64,000 nucleotides of DNA from Macrostomum lignano (taxonomy: Eukaryota): contig NIVC01000070.1 in assembly GCA_002269645.1 (NCBI GenBank), forward strand, positions 186,001 through 250,000. Direction: 5' to 3'. The translations under genes and the position numbers were made by a program. Under the pieces are notes generated by a model that saw nothing but the letters and a program-made list of their open reading frames with translations, was not told the DNA's origin and searched no databases. Positions 26,836 to 37,946 of the stretch are shown in pieces. Position 1 is the stretch's first letter. Every line of letters begins with the position of its first letter.

Positions 26836-28158
26836 CCGGAGTGTTTGGCCCGCTCGGATTCCAACCTCCTGGGACCTTAGCCTAGCTTGAGACATCCCGG
26901 AGCGCGACCGTCGTTTCTTGATCCCCGGATTGCGACTTCCCCCCCCCATCATCATCAAGGACGAGTCCCCCGGTCATCAGCAGCGAACATCAAAGTTAAG
27001 ACCATCACCTGCTAGCTATCTGCGAATACTGTGACAGCATCATCCCGAGTCTACAGCTGCAGAGCATCAAGGCGATTCGGTCACTGTGGATTTCCTGGTC
27101 TCCGGCTGTTGAGTTTCTGATTGGTTGGGTGAGAGGCTACCTAGACTTGCTTGATTGGGTTGGGTGATTCCCTGTCTGTCCCCTGTTTCAGTAGCTGGAT
27201 TAGGCGCACACTTTTGCTCATTTTGTTCAGTAGTGCTGTTACTGAGGCAGAAGTCATTCAATAATACTGCTAGTAGTCTGAAACTCCAATTCGATCTGAA
27301 GTGTGAAGTGATCCAAGGAGAGGGTTAAATCTAACAGTTATTTTTATCGGTTTTATTTCTTTGTTCCCCGATGGCTCAGATGAGTAGCTAAGCTAGTAGG
27401 CGCCGGTCACAGTGGACCAATGGCAAGGCGGTTCTCAGTCGATCAATCTATCAAATCAGTGAGCAAAACTGCCAGAAGTGTAGAATCTGCGCCAGAGATG
27501 TACTTTGTGCACTCTAGGTTAGCCAAGCGGCTCGGGTGACGAATCATGCGGTCTCTGAAGTTCGAGTTAGTCTATCATCAGCGCTATGAGAAGCTAGTTG
27601 GCGCGTTGAAGGCCAAAAGTCCATATCTTCGTATTTAGCAATGTAATAGTACATGTAGCTACCCCATAGACTCGCCACTGCAAGAATCCCCTGCACAAGT
27701 CCTCTCTGTACCTGCATGGCCAATGCGATCTAGTCCCAGCAGTGTCCCTTATCATCGGCTATGACTTCGAGATAGACAGCAGAAAGACACTAGTTGGCAG
27801 GTAAGTGCAAAGCCCCTTCTAGTCGGAAGCCCGATTTCGAGAGTCCCGGTGTGGTGAGCCAGGGCGCACGGGCTGGTGGCAGCGAGTTAGCTTAGTCTGC
27901 GGATTAGCTAACTTCTACCTTCAAAATTCTCCCTGCTTGTCTCTCGCTGTCCCTCTCTTAGCTATAGGACCTAGACTGCTCGCCACACGATCAAGCTACC
28001 ATGGGGCTGACCATCTGACAGGAGTGGGGGGCCAGGACTCTAATTGATTCATTTCTGAGGCCTGGGGCCCGAAGGCTTCCTCACCAAGGGGCCTGAAAGG
28101 TCAAAACCCATAATTACTCTGTTTTACATCGTATTAATTAACTATAGGTTTTGCTTAC

Positions 28159-28503
28159 CGCTGTCAATTTCTTGAAGCCACACTGCAAACCCAAATCCTC
28201 TATAGTCACTGTCCGTGTCAAACCGCACAGTCGCCGTGTTTGCTGAGGACACAATAGCGCCGTGAAAACTGCCGGAAGTATTGAGCAGAACAGCTGAACC
28301 GTTGGAGCCATCAAACACTGTCACTCTATGATTTGTCCGTGCATTGAAGTAGATAAAACGAAAGGCGATTCTTTGTCCGACAGGAGCGCTTACGTGCCAG
28401 TAGCAGCTCATGTTGCTTAAAAAATCTCTTGAACCAACACCGTAGTGACTCCTTATTTGACTTCCCGTTTTTGTTGCTGTCACGTTTTCCAATCCGTAAC
28501 AAT
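28159..28503 (-). CDS. CUB-domain exon of multi-CUB gene 3 (downstream of the Polinton-containing intron)
   Basis: ttttcag acceptor and gtaagc donor, 345 nt, phase 1-1. Translates CYGLENV...CYWHVSAPVGQRIAFRFIYF...TVFDG...VRFDTDSDYRGFGF. Confidence 0.85.
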
Positions 28504-28727
28504 CTGAAAAAATATGTTTAAATATATGAGAATTTTCAATGGAGACTCTATTCTGTATATGCAAAAAATAAATAAAAAATAAAATAAAGAATCGGTAGAA
28601 ATACACTAAAAACTTGGCAACTTTCAACTTAAAATCCATTAGCAAGTCAGAAAGCTTTTAATCTCTTTACTAAGCAAGTATTTGAATTTTTCAGGGGTTA
28701 ATTACATGGATTATTGAGTAGTCCCTG

Positions 28728-29184
28728 AGTAGAAGGCATGAGGGGGCTTCTGGGACAAAACTTTTCACCTCCTCTATAATCCCATTAAATCCATCCATAT
28801 TATCCCTGACAGAATCAGAAAAAAGGGGGGTCGCACTCGCTAACAAAACGTCCTCCATAATCCACCTAAATCCATCCACATTATCCCTGACAGAATCAGA
28901 AAAAAAGGGGTAGGGGTCGCACTTGCTCCGAAAACTTCGAACATAATCCTATTAAATCCATCCATATTATCCCTGACAGAATCAGAGCATAACAGGTGTC
29001 CACTAACACCTGTTATGCTCACTGACACAGACATAATCCACTGACATCCACCCATAGCATCTTCGAAACAATCAGAAAATAATCTGCATTCTTCTCCCCA
29101 TGGGGCCCACATTCAATTTGCAACGCGAAACCAGATCCCAAAGACTTTAAATCATCAGCACAGGGTCCTTACCCATTGAAAAAA
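28728..29184 (+). repeat. Left terminal inverted repeat of the Polinton
   Basis: Reverse complement of 44808-45264 with ~10 differences by eye. Contains three ~70-bp sub-repeats and a perfect 15-bp-stem hairpin (28985-29020). Confidence 0.95.
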
Positions 29185-29224
29185 TCTAAATTTTTTCTGA
29201 ATCTTGATTGTTTTTTATATGCCT

Positions 29225-29945
29225 ACGAAGCTTCGTAAATCTAAATTTTCTGTCGCTAAAATATTCATTCTGAACTACTACTTCCAGTAGCAGTAGGTTA
29301 AAAATATATTTTAGCATTTTATGCTTTTTCATTTAGGAGTTTACAATGTTTCGTAAATTGAAATTTTCTGTCGCCTAAAATTTTCACTCTAAACTACTAC
29401 TTCTACTAGCAGTAGGTTAAAAATATATTTTAGCATTTTCTCCTTTTTTAATAAAGAGTTTATACAATGCTTCGTAAATCGAAATTTTCTGTCGCTTAAA
29501 ATTTTCACTCTGAACTACTACTTCTACTAGCAGTAGGTTAAAAATCTATTTTAGCATTTTATGCTTTTTCATTTAAGAGTTTACAATGCTTCGTAAATCG
29601 AAATTTTCTGTCGCTTAAAATTTTCACTCTGAACTACTACTTCTACTAGCAGTAGGTTAAAAATCTATTTTAGCATTTTATGCTTTTTCATTTAAGAGTT
29701 TGCAATGCTTCGTAAATCGAAATTTTCTGTCGCTTAAAATTTTCACTCTAAACTACTACTTTTACTAGCAGTAGGTTAAAAATATATTTTAGCATTTTAT
29801 GCTTTTTCATTAAAGAGTTTACGAAGCTTTGTAAGTTGAAATTTTCTGTCGCTTAAAATTTTCACTCTGAACTACTACTTTTACTAGCAGTAGGTTAAAA
29901 ATATATTTTAGCATTTTCTGCTTTTCATTAAAGAGTTTACGAAGC
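29225..29945. repeat. ~119-bp tandem repeat (~6 copies) inside the Polinton left arm
   Basis: gcttcgtaaatcgaaattttctgtcgc...agtaggttaaaaat recurs with a ~119-120 bp period. Confidence 0.9.
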
Positions 29946-30239
29946 TTCGTCAATTAGCAAAAAAAACCGGAATATGTTGATTCAGTTATCATTTATTTTA
30001 ATAAGCAGGCTTTGAAGTTAGAAGAGGCTTAAAAATTACAACCAGAGTGTATTTAGATTAGCGACTTTAAGTCCATGATATCAATGCTCAGTTGTTCAAA
30101 AGAGCTCAGTTATCCATAGCTGCTTGACCGTCTCCAACACCAGCAGGCTGGCCAGCTTCATCATCTGCAGCAAAAAGTTGAGTGGTAGTATTCACATTAG
30201 TATTACATTTTTATAAAAGAGAGGCAGTGGGGAGAGCGC

Positions 30240-30735
30240 AGTACACATATTGGTTCTACCAATAATACACACGGTTTTTCCATTGTCCCACACATATTGG
30301 TTCTACCAATAATACACACGGTTTTTCCATTGTCCCACACATATTGGTTCTACCAATAATACACACGGTTTTTCCACCACCTCACATATTGGTCCAGCTA
30401 CAGTTGAGAAAATCTCCCCCCCCACGTTCCACATTCCACACTGTCGCGTACGCTTTTTTACACAGCAAGCTCTGGCTATTTTTAGCACAAGACACATAAT
30501 GGGTGGGCCAATAATACACACAGTTTTTTCCTTCATTTCACACATATTGGGTGGGCCAATAATACACACGGTTTTTTCCTTCATTTCACACATATTGGGT
30601 GGGCCAATAATACACACGGTTTTTTCCTTCATTTCACGCATATTGGGTGGGCCAATAATACACACGGTTTTTTCCTTCATTTCACACATATTGGGTGGGC
30701 CAATAATACACAGTTTTTCCTTCATTTCACATTGA
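30240..30735. repeat. ~48-bp tandem repeat with CCAATA/TATTGG dyad inside the Polinton left arm
   Basis: ccaataatacacacggttttttccttcatttcacacatattgggtggg and shorter variants. Confidence 0.9.
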
Positions 30736-31324
30736 GATAACTCACAGTAATCATCGAGAAGGCCCTGAAGTTCAGCCGCCGATGGAGGTCTTGTTGGGGG
30801 AGTTGGATCTAGCCAATCTGCTGCATCCGTTTGCCACCACCTTTCGCTCCGAATCGTTCTTGAGTTGTCATGCAGGAATGTAGCCGAAACAGAGCAAAAG
30901 CGGAGCCGCAGAAGCTCGGTCACCAGAGTATAGATGTTATGGCGGGATTGCACATGGTAGTAATCACGCTAAACAATTCCGCGAATTCGAGCGTCCGCTA
31001 GAAACAAATTTTTCCTATTTCTCCTACAGTCTGCCTATTTCTTTAGTGATCAATACAAACACACACACACCCCTTCTCGCAATAGAAAATTCCAGAAAAT
31101 TCAAGACTGTACAATCTTGGCGTCAAGTAGGGAAACAAAAATCGATATAGCTCATTGTACGATAGAAAGTGAGGGGTGAGACTTCTCTGTACACAGAGCA
31201 TAGCGCGAGGTGAGGAGTATGAAGGAGAAGGGCATGGTGGAAAGAGAAATTGTAGCCGAAACCAGTGTGCTCAAGACTGTACACTTGTGTGGAGAGAAGA
31301 GAAGCGAAGGCCAATATCAATCAA

Positions 31325-31384
31325 GGAAATTCTTCCTCGGCTGGGCTCAGTTAAAGTGAAAATCTCTCTCCCCCAACGCGCGCT
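31325..31384 (+). repeat. 60-bp internal inverted repeat (partner at 44375-44433)
   Basis: ggaaattcttcctcggctgggctcagttaaagtgaaaatctctctcccccaacgcgcgct matches the reverse complement of 44375-44433 with ~2 differences. Confidence 0.9.
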
Positions 31385-31537
31385 GCGCCCACACACATAC
31401 ACTCCCCTCTCCCCCACACACGCGACGCCCACGCCCACAAACTGTCAGAATGGGGTAAGAGATTTTGAGTACACATGCGCGCATTTTTTCATACCACTCT
31501 ATTCTCGGCAAGCATACTTAAAAGGGAACGCATTTTC

Positions 31538-32016
31538 TCACATTCTCTCAATGATCAACGTCAATACAAACTCTTCCCCATTAAAATCAACGCCCATCCC
31601 ATCTTCAGTCTCAAACTGTAGCACAATCTCGTGAATCTCCTTATTACTCAATACAACTCTTTTCACTGGATTTGGTTTCTCTACCACCATCTGTCCTCCA
31701 GCAACAGAGTTGGAGATGTTGTACAAAATATTCGTTCGCTTTCCCTTAAATACCCAATCAAGACTGAGATTGCTTCTGATTAGAATATTCAAACCCTTTA
31801 CAATGTCTGCAATATTGGGTGCTAAGAACAAACCGCTTACACTTTCCCGGACCATTTTAACGGTCCCCGATGCTTGAGTGGCGGTCCGCGCCGCGGATTC
31901 TGCCTTATAAACTTTCTTCTCGAATCCCAGTTCCCTATACCAAGTGTCATATTTAAACTCAACCTCCGCATCTTTGTGAACTTGCATGACCACTCTCATT
32001 ACAGTGAGATAATAGG
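31538..32016 (-). pseudogene. Polinton minor capsid (penton-like) protein, 5'-truncated by Gypsy LTR
   Basis: The C-terminus ILYNI...GGQMVVEKPNPV...IHEIVLQFETEDGMGVDFNGEEFVLTLII fits the Polinton minor capsid pattern as I recall it. The frame stays open (YYLTVMRVV) up to the LTR edge. Confidence 0.65.
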
Positions 32017-32191
32017 TGTAATGACTCAGACTAGCTATTTAGTTTGGCGAGAGAAACGATGCACTTAAATGAGCCGACTGCTCAATTCAATATATTTATA
32101 GGCCCGAGAGCATTGCGTAATAAGAGTATTGCTACGAGTTAGTTCATCGACCAAGCCAAGTACATTATTACCGCGCAGAGCGTACACTACA
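32017..32191 (-). repeat. 3' LTR of the Gypsy fragment (175 bp), with polypurine tract at 32192-32203
   Basis: On the minus strand, aatgaggagaga (PPT) is directly followed by TGTAGT...ATTACA. Confidence 0.7.
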
Positions 32192-32421
32192 TCTCTCCTC
32201 ATTTTGGATTAAATGTTTTACTGCAAAAGGTTTTTAAAAAATGAAAATTACCACAAAAACGAGTAAAATCTTGCAAAGAAGAAACATTAATAGAGAAAAT
32301 GTTACTGATTGTACATGAAATGCCTTAGCTGGAGAATGAACAATTTTCTATCCGCAATCTCAAGATGCAAAAGCAAAATCAAACAAGATATTAGCGTCAG
32401 TCTGCCAAGCGCGAGTTATAG

Positions 32422-34355
32422 TTAAACCCTATAGTTCACTTTCACCTTGGCCTCTCGGGGGTGTGGTCGCAGCGCAATTGGAGGGGTCGCGGGTTCGCTC
32501 CCCGCAGCTTGCAGGATCGGCGGTGCGGTCTCCCCGACAGGAAAATCGGGCTCTGCATCTGGCGCTACCCGCTTCAGGTCAGTGCAGTGCCGCCTGCAAA
32601 CTCTGGCGCCCTGCCGAATGGTCATCGAGTCGCCCTTGACACTCTCGACCAGCCAGGGTGTCCACTCGAACGGAGTCTCGCCCTTGAGCGGATTTAGTCG
32701 GCGCCGGAGCACCGTGTCGCCGACTTTGAGCCCATGCGGTCTCGCCTGCCGTCGCTTGTCCGTGTAGCGCTTGCCCTTTGCCTTGCTGCTGGCGTCCTGC
32801 TGTCGGAGCCTCCTGTCTGCGATGGCCACCGGTCTCGACGGCCTGATTGACGGGATGGCGTCGTTTGGGACGCGACCCAAGAGCAGCTCGGCTGGTGCCC
32901 GGTTGGTGGTTCGCTGCGGCGTGCAACGGTAGGCCAGCAGCCACTCGTCAAGGGCCGCCCTCCAGTCGCGCTTCTGGGCAATGGCAGCTCGTACAACCTT
33001 ATTGATGGAGCGGTTCAGGCGCTCAGTGATGCCGTTGGCCTGCGGATGCAGCGGTGTGATGAGACGCTGCCGGATTCCGTAGCTGTCCAGAAAGCCTTTG
33101 AACTGGGCCGAGGAGAATGGCGGGCCGTTATCGGTGACCAGTACCTGTGGGATGCCGAATCTGGCGAACGAATTCCTCAGCTTGGGAATCAGCGCTTCGG
33201 CCGTTGTGGTCTGGACGATCTCGACTTCAGGGAAGCGCGAGTAGTGGTCAACGCAGACGAGCAGCATGCTGCCTTGAATGGGGCCTAGCAGGTCTGCCCC
33301 TAGTGTTAGCCATGCAGCTTTCGGGATCGGCGTCGGCTTCAGCGGCGCGGCGGTCACGTCGGCCGCGTGCGACGTAGCTGCACAGGCTCGGCAGGCACGC
33401 ACGAAGAGCTCTGCTTCTGTCTGCATCCTCGGCCACCAGACTTTGGTGCTCAAACGGTCAACCGTCTTGCGCAGGCACTGATGACCGCGGTGTGCCAGGT
33501 CCAAAACCAGGCGCCGAAGCGCCATTGGAACTACGATTCTCTGGCCCCGCAGGAGCACGCCGTCTGCTGCCGATAGCTCATTCCGTAGGGCGTGGAGCGA
33601 TCGCGTCTCCGCCGACTCGAGGCTCCATCGTCCTGTCTCCAGCGATCGAATAGCGGCTTGAATTGTTGCATCTTGCAGCGAACTCTCTTGCACTGAGGAC
33701 AGCGACAGCGCGTTCGGTATGGCCGCCTGGACGATTGCAGCGATGCAGAGGGTGTCGAGCTCTTCGCCGACATTTCTTCCTCGTGTTGGCAGCGGCTGCC
33801 GGCTCAGCACGTCCGCTGGGTTTAGTGGGCCAGGCTGGTATTCGACTGTAAATTTCATGTGCTGAATGCGCAGCGCCATTCTTTCGATCCTCGGGGAGGC
33901 CTTGAGCCACTGCTGAACAATGCGATGAGCGGCTTGTGGTCTGTCACCACCGTAAATGTCGGAGCGCCGTGCAGATAGTACTGAAATTTCAAGCAGCCGT
34001 ATTTGACGGCCAGCGCCTCCTTCTCAGTCTGGGAGTAGCGCTGCTCAACATCGGACAGCGTCCGGCTGGCGTACGCGACAGGCCGGTTGGTGCCGTCCGC
34101 TTGCGTCTGCGTTAGGATCGCGCCCAGGCCCGCTGGGCCGGCGTCGACGATGAGTTGCGTCGCTAGGCGGTGGTTGAAGAAGGCGAGGGTGCCGCTGGTC
34201 GCAATCCGGGTCTTCACGTCGTCAAAAGCTCGTTTCTCGAGGTCGGTCCATGCCCAGGGCTCGCCTTTCCTAGTCAGATTGCGCAGTGGCCTCGCTACAT
34301 CCGCCAGCCCGGGGGTGAATGAGGCCAGATAGTTGACCAGGCCTAGGAACGATCT
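32422..34355 (-). pseudogene. pol: Gypsy pol remnant: RT connection, RNase H and integrase, one frameshift near 33895
   Basis: HRGHQC...CRAC zinc finger; ADLL / TDNG / ITERL catalytic triad. The frameshift converts the expected PPRIER junction. Confidence 0.88.
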
Positions 34356-35010
34356 AGTGACTTTTGCTCTTGCGAGAGATATAGAAATACTAAAGGCCCC
34401 AGAAGTCCTGAGACTTATGTATGATAACGGTGTCAACCTGACTAGATTCAAAAAGTACAATCACTTTAAACAATGGTTCGATTTGTCAGATCAGGCGGAA
34501 GTCATAAAATATCTAGAACAACAACAACAACAACAGCAACAACAACCACAACCACAGCAGCAGCAACATTTCACAGAAGTACTCAGGCAACTGGAAAATG
34601 CAGATCCGACTCAAGTAGCTGAATATAAGAAACAAAACCCAACAGATTGGCAACACTTAAAACAATACTCTCCAGATCGAATGAACAGAATCAAGCAAAG
34701 AGTTTTCACACCTCAACAAAGACAGGCACCACATGACAGTTCCATCTCTGAAAGTGAGCAGTCTTTTGCATCACCTCCCCAGCAGCTTCAAGCCCAACCA
34801 ACTCCACAACCTCAAGACCAACCGCCCTCAACTGGAAAAGGAATTTCTGAATTCTACAAGCGGTTAGCTGTTCTTCTAGGAGCGGCAAAGACCGGAATGA
34901 AAGACGAAAATAGAAAAGAATTTGTCAACATCCTGGACAAAATGCTTGAGAGAAAATATATCGATAAGAGGGCGAGAGAGCTTCTGCTTTCGCGGTTCAA
35001 CAAAAAATAA
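34356..35010 (+). pseudogene. 5'-truncated Polinton ORF with poly-Q and a C-terminal GKG...RLAVLLGAAKTG helical motif
   Basis: Open frame starting at the Gypsy deletion junction. The C-terminal motif resembles a recurrent Polinton accessory domain (from memory, unverified). Confidence 0.55.
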
Positions 35011-35026
35011 ATTTCTATTTAAAAAG

Positions 35027-35407
35027 ATGCCAATTATTTTCGAAAAAGATATTGACAAATACTATAACAAAGAGGAACTTAATCTCATTAAACGCGGATC
35101 TGGACTTTTCCCTGCAGGCCACTATCCAAGAAAAGAACGCTCAGGGAACGGTCTTGCCGATTTGATCGCTCAGGGGGCCAAGATTTTTAAGGTCATTGGA
35201 GAGAACAAAGAGAACATCAAGAACGTTGCCGAAGCGGCTGGCAGTGTAGTCACAGCAGCCAAGAAGATTAAAGATACGGTTAATGAAACCCGGAAATCAT
35301 TACCAGATATTCAACCCCTTGCACCGAGTGCAGATAGTGTCGATCCAGCCATCTACGCAAAGATGAGAGCTGAATATAAGAAAGGAGGCGGTTTTAAATT
35401 TGACTAA
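35027..35407 (+). CDS. Polinton small basic protein with GxG motifs (candidate core protein)
   Basis: 126 aa from an A-rich ATG; contains KRGSG, RSGNG and KKGGG. Confidence 0.6.
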   Translation: MPIIFEKDIDKYYNKEELNLIKRGSGLFPAGHYPRKERSGNGLADLIAQGAKIFKVIGENKENIKNVAEAAGSVVTAAKKIKDTVNETRKSLPDIQPLAPSADSVDPAIYAKMRAEYKKGGGFKFD

Positions 35408-35629
35408 TTTGGTGCACCCTGACGATAAAAGAGGTGTGAGGGTGTAGGACTAGTCGGATGTAGGACTAGTCAAAAAAAGACACACACAACCCGAAAAAAA
35501 AGACACACACACAACCCGAAAAAAAGACACACACATCCCGCAAAGAGACACACACATACACATCCCGAAAAAAGACACACGCGTCTTAAATACACAAGTT
35601 TAAAAAGAAAAAGTTTTTTTACATAAAAA

Positions 35630-36420
35630 ATGGACTTCACAAACGACTTTCATCCCCACTGGACACGCAATCAGATAAAATTTGCTCACAACGAGATAAT
35701 TCCAGGGCACTTCCGATGCATTGTTGTTGGCTCATCTGGGTCAGGGAAAACCTTCAGAGTTTTTAACATGCTCCTCAGACCTGGATTCCTCGATTATGAC
35801 ACACTACATATCTATTCACCCACTCTGTATCAAGATGAGTATAAAATGCTAGTAGCGGGCCTACAGAACAAACTCAACAAGGAAGATATTATTGTTCCTT
35901 ATTAGACCTCAACAGCAACCCGGAAGTTGTAGCCACTGAATACGCAAAGCACATCCCAGACAATGAAAAATGGCAAAATATTAAAGTTTTCACTTATGGA
36001 GATCCACAGATAGATCCTAAAACTAAACTCTTACCTCAACCTGATGAACTAGAAAAGGGGAGAAAGCACCTGATTGTCTTTGATGACTGCATGACCGGTC
36101 CCCAGAAACAGATAGAAAATTATTTCACCCGGGGTAGACACAATAACTGCAATGTTATTTACATTGCCCAAAACTGGTTTGAACTGCCAAATAAAACAAT
36201 TAGAGGTAACTGTAATTTGATTCTCCTTTTCCCAACCATACCACAAGATCGACTGAAACGATTTTATAATGAGGTCATTGCCCCAGCTCACATTACATAT
36301 CCAGCTAAGAACTCTAACAGAACAATATCACAGGAGGAATTCGTTAACATATGCTATAAAAAGTGGAACCAACCCTATCAGTTTGTTATGATTAATAAGG
36401 AGAAAAGAATTTTACTTTAA
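35630..36420 (+). pseudogene. FtsK-HerA/A32-like packaging ATPase, one frameshift near 35896
   Basis: Walker A GSSGSGKT, Walker B LIVFDD, RGRH, and IAQ sensor. The two halves are offset by one base. Confidence 0.9.
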
Positions 36421-36435
36421 TTTTTATTTAAAAAA

Positions 36436-37161
36436 ATGTCTATTAATTTTGCAGGTGAGTCAACTACAGGCAACAGCACTCTCACAACTTCCTTCCTTGA
36501 CAAGCGCTACATTAACACTGATGAAGAGATCCCAGAGATCAAACTGAATAAAAACAGACTGAAAGCCCTAGAGCGCTCCATGCACCAGTTGCAAATGAAC
36601 ATGGAAGATCTCAGGCTTAAAGTAGCTAGACAGAAGTTTGACAGTGATAAGCTTTATGTGCCGTTGTTAAACGCAATTAATGAACTAAGGTCAGAAATAA
36701 CTTCGATAGTCTCGCTAATCTACGGCTTGAGATCGACAGTTAATCTTCTGGGAAATTCCACTGATAGACGGATGCGTATTCTTGAAGGAGGAGTTTTCAC
36801 AAACACAGCTAAAGTGAATAATTTAGAAGAGTTCATGAACCAGTCAACAGCATTGCATGATAGAATTAGAGAAAACATCGCAACCAACACATGTAAAGTG
36901 AGGAATTTAGAAGAGTTCATGACTCAGTCAACAGCGTTGCATGATCAAATCAAAGTAAGAATTACTGCAATTAAAGTCTTTGTAGATTTAGTTTTTACCG
37001 AATGGCAGAAATCGGTGAGAAGGATCGGTCGTCTTGAACGCTTGCATAATCTCAAAAACATTGACGTTGAAGAGGCACCACCACAGACCACAAGGGAAAT
37101 AAGTGATCCAACCGACTTGTTTGAGATCAGGCGTAGAATGGAGCTCACAGACAATGAATAG
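36436..37161 (+). CDS. Polinton coiled-coil protein of unknown function
   Basis: 241-aa ORF from an A-rich ATG, heptad-like, with an internal duplication (KVxNLEEFMxQSTALHD twice). Confidence 0.6.
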   Translation: MSINFAGESTTGNSTLTTSFLDKRYINTDEEIPEIKLNKNRLKALERSMHQLQMNMEDLRLKVARQKFDSDKLYVPLLNAINELRSEITSIVSLIYGLRSTVNLLGNSTDRRMRILEGGVFTNTAKVNNLEEFMNQSTALHDRIRENIATNTCKVRNLEEFMTQSTALHDQIKVRITAIKVFVDLVFTEWQKSVRRIGRLERLHNLKNIDVEEAPPQTTREISDPTDLFEIRRRMELTDNE

Positions 37162-37273
37162 GCAAATTCGAAGAGACCCGTTGCCGTCACTGCAGACGAA
37201 GCAATCAACCGTAAAACAAATCTAACACCACCAACTAGTAGTCGATTATTTTTTTTTAAAATTTCCTTAAAAA

Positions 37274-37942
37274 ATGGATGCTCAAAATTCTCTTTTTGAT
37301 CCGAACGCTCCCACAGCGCCCACAGCACCTAGTGCACCTCAATATGAGCAACAAAAACTCTACCCCGTCATTACTTGTAACTCTCAACAGTTTCGACTGG
37401 TGGAGATTCAAAAAATGCGAGATGATCTTGAAAAAAATATTTTCCACAACACAAAGAAAATTAAGCGCTATGACAGCCACTGTAAATTTTTCGACTACAG
37501 CAATATGATTCTAGGATATGTGTCTGTTCTATCTGGATCTGCTGCAGCTGTCTCAACGTTGCCAGTCATCACAGCCCCAATCGCAATCCCACTTGGTTCA
37601 GTAGGTGCTGCATGTGGACTTATTTCAGCAATTACTGGAGCAGTAGCGCGAAACAGGCGAAAAAAACTAAAGCAGCTACAGGAGAAGCAAGTAAAAGAGA
37701 AAGGGGTGCACACTTCAATCATAGGGTACATTTCAAGGGCAATCGAGGATAAGTTCATTTCAGAGGATGAGTTCAAAACCATTCAGGATTATGAACAATC
37801 AAACAATGAACAATCAATTCGAATGAACTTGAACATGGTCGGTACTGATGACATGACTCAGCTGAAAAATGAACTTGAGAAAGTTCTTCAACATTATGTG
37901 GAAAGAAGGACAACGAGAAGGACGACGAGAAATGCACAATGA
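37274..37942 (+). CDS. Polinton hydrophobic-hairpin membrane protein with N-terminal PTAP/PSAP motifs
   Basis: 222 aa from an A-rich ATG; PTAPTAPSAP and LYPVI near the N-terminus; ~50-residue hydrophobic segment followed by RNRRKKLK. Confidence 0.72.
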   Translation: MDAQNSLFDPNAPTAPTAPSAPQYEQQKLYPVITCNSQQFRLVEIQKMRDDLEKNIFHNTKKIKRYDSHCKFFDYSNMILGYVSVLSGSAAAVSTLPVITAPIAIPLGSVGAACGLISAITGAVARNRRKKLKQLQEKQVKEKGVHTSIIGYISRAIEDKFISEDEFKTIQDYEQSNNEQSIRMNLNMVGTDDMTQLKNELEKVLQHYVERRTTRRTTRNAQ

Positions 37943-37946
37943 ACCC

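Larger units (their letters stand above)
32017..34355 (-). mobile_element. Ty3/Gypsy LTR retrotransposon fragment (RNase H, integrase, 3' LTR), 5'-truncated
   Basis: RSFLGLVNY, VDAGPAGLGAIL, YSQTEKEALA, TDHKPL, HHCC and DDE motifs, a PPT and a TG...CA LTR. No RT catalytic core, gag or 5' LTR. Confidence 0.9.

Noticed and set aside
30240-30735. NF-I/CTF sites as in the adenovirus origin
   Set aside because: Spacing is TTGG-N5-CCAA, whereas NF-I needs TTGGC-N5-GCCAA.
32447-34332. Many overlapping antisense and alternate-frame ORFs over Gypsy pol
   Set aside because: Expected in GC-rich coding sequence; no motifs.
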